Both the position numbers and the translations under genes were made by a program. From the NCBI GenBank assembly GCA_963697905.1, contig OY969101.1, positions 2,358,347 to 2,390,346 of the forward strand: DNA of 32,000 bases. The letters are read 5' to 3'. The DNA comes from an uncultured Actinomycetota bacterium. Lineage in GTDB: Bacteria; Actinomycetota; Actinomycetes; Mycobacteriales; Jatrophihabitantaceae. Below the pieces are notes generated by a model. It had not been told where the DNA came from. It did no database searches and saw only the letters and a list, made by a program, of their open reading frames with translations. Positions 31,756 through 32,000 of this stretch are shown here, piece by piece (positions within the stretch are counted from its first letter, which is position 1; every line of letters begins with the position of its first letter).

Positions 31756-32000
31756 CCGTCTCCTCGCCTCAGCAACCGACCTGTCGCGCAGCCGGTCTCG
31801 CCAGTGAGCCGCCGGCCGCGCAGCCAGGTTCCGCGCACGGCTCCGGACAGCCGCCGGCCAGCGTACGGGGTGACCGGGTGCCGCTGCCGCAGCCGAGCCG
31901 GCTCGACGGTGAACCACTCGTCCGGAGCGAGGACGCACAGGTCGGCGTCCGCGCCCACCGCGAGTTTTCCCTTGGCCGGCAGGCCGGCCAGCACGGCCGG
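31752..32000 (-). CDS. allB: Allantoinase, C-terminal part (5' end outside the window)
   Basis: The minus-strand frame is open to the window edge. ...GKLAVGADADLCVLAPDEWFTVEPARLRQRHPVTPYAGRRLSGAVRGTWLRG is typical of a cyclic amidohydrolase/allantoinase C terminus. Stop TGA at 31752-31754. Confidence 0.75.
   Translation of the reverse strand, partial: PAVLAGLPAKGKLAVGADADLCVLAPDEWFTVEPARLRQRHPVTPYAGRRLSGAVRGTWLRGRRLTGETGCATGRLLRRGDG

Overview
High-GC actinomycete-type chromosomal window; hand counts of sampled 60-nt lines give about 80% GC in core genes and 43-58% in one island. There are four blocks.
(1) 1-11.6 kb. This holds the 3' end of an EfeB/Dyp peroxidase gene, a lower-GC NucS-like nuclease gene and a ~130-bp amidohydrolase gene remnant. 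Then comes a group 1h (Hhy-type, Tat-less, high-affinity) [NiFe]-hydrogenase cluster. An HTH regulator, hypA and hypB lie on the minus strand. On the plus strand are hhyS, hhyL, a NifU-like gene, three conserved accessory genes, the hupD protease, a 34-codon membrane ORF, hypC and a DUF6390-like gene. Between about 4.77 and 9.81 kb the recognisable proteins can only be followed by changing frame roughly 29-30 times through single-base indels. All catalytic motifs and coupled gene junctions are intact, so this is either a local consensus error or very recent decay.
(2) 11.6-17 kb. An XRE regulator plus an Fe(III)-type ABC importer operon, a small muconolactone-isomerase-like gene and a frameshifted peptidase-E-like gene.
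(3) 17-27.4 kb. An accessory mosaic. A low-GC island carries a DUF3825-like gene, a 933-aa Mrr-nuclease/STAND-NTPase/wHTH protein and a 934-aa STAND-like P-loop protein. A high-GC wedge with a tyrosine recombinase and an IS256 transposase fragment splits the island. A disrupted IS110 transposase and a 59-codon DUF2283-like ORF follow it.
(4) 27.4-32 kb. A urate/purine catabolism operon: amidohydrolase, uricase, HIU hydrolase, OHCU decarboxylase, allantoicase and the allantoinase 3' end.
The best candidates for something new are the two giant NTPase genes of the low-GC island, which may be defence genes. Other notable points are the frameshift storm in the hydrogenase cluster and a diverged direct repeat of the amidohydrolase 3' end (1628-1732 vs 27451-27837) that brackets the whole 25.7-kb segment. 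All family assignments were made by eye from motifs; no searches were run.
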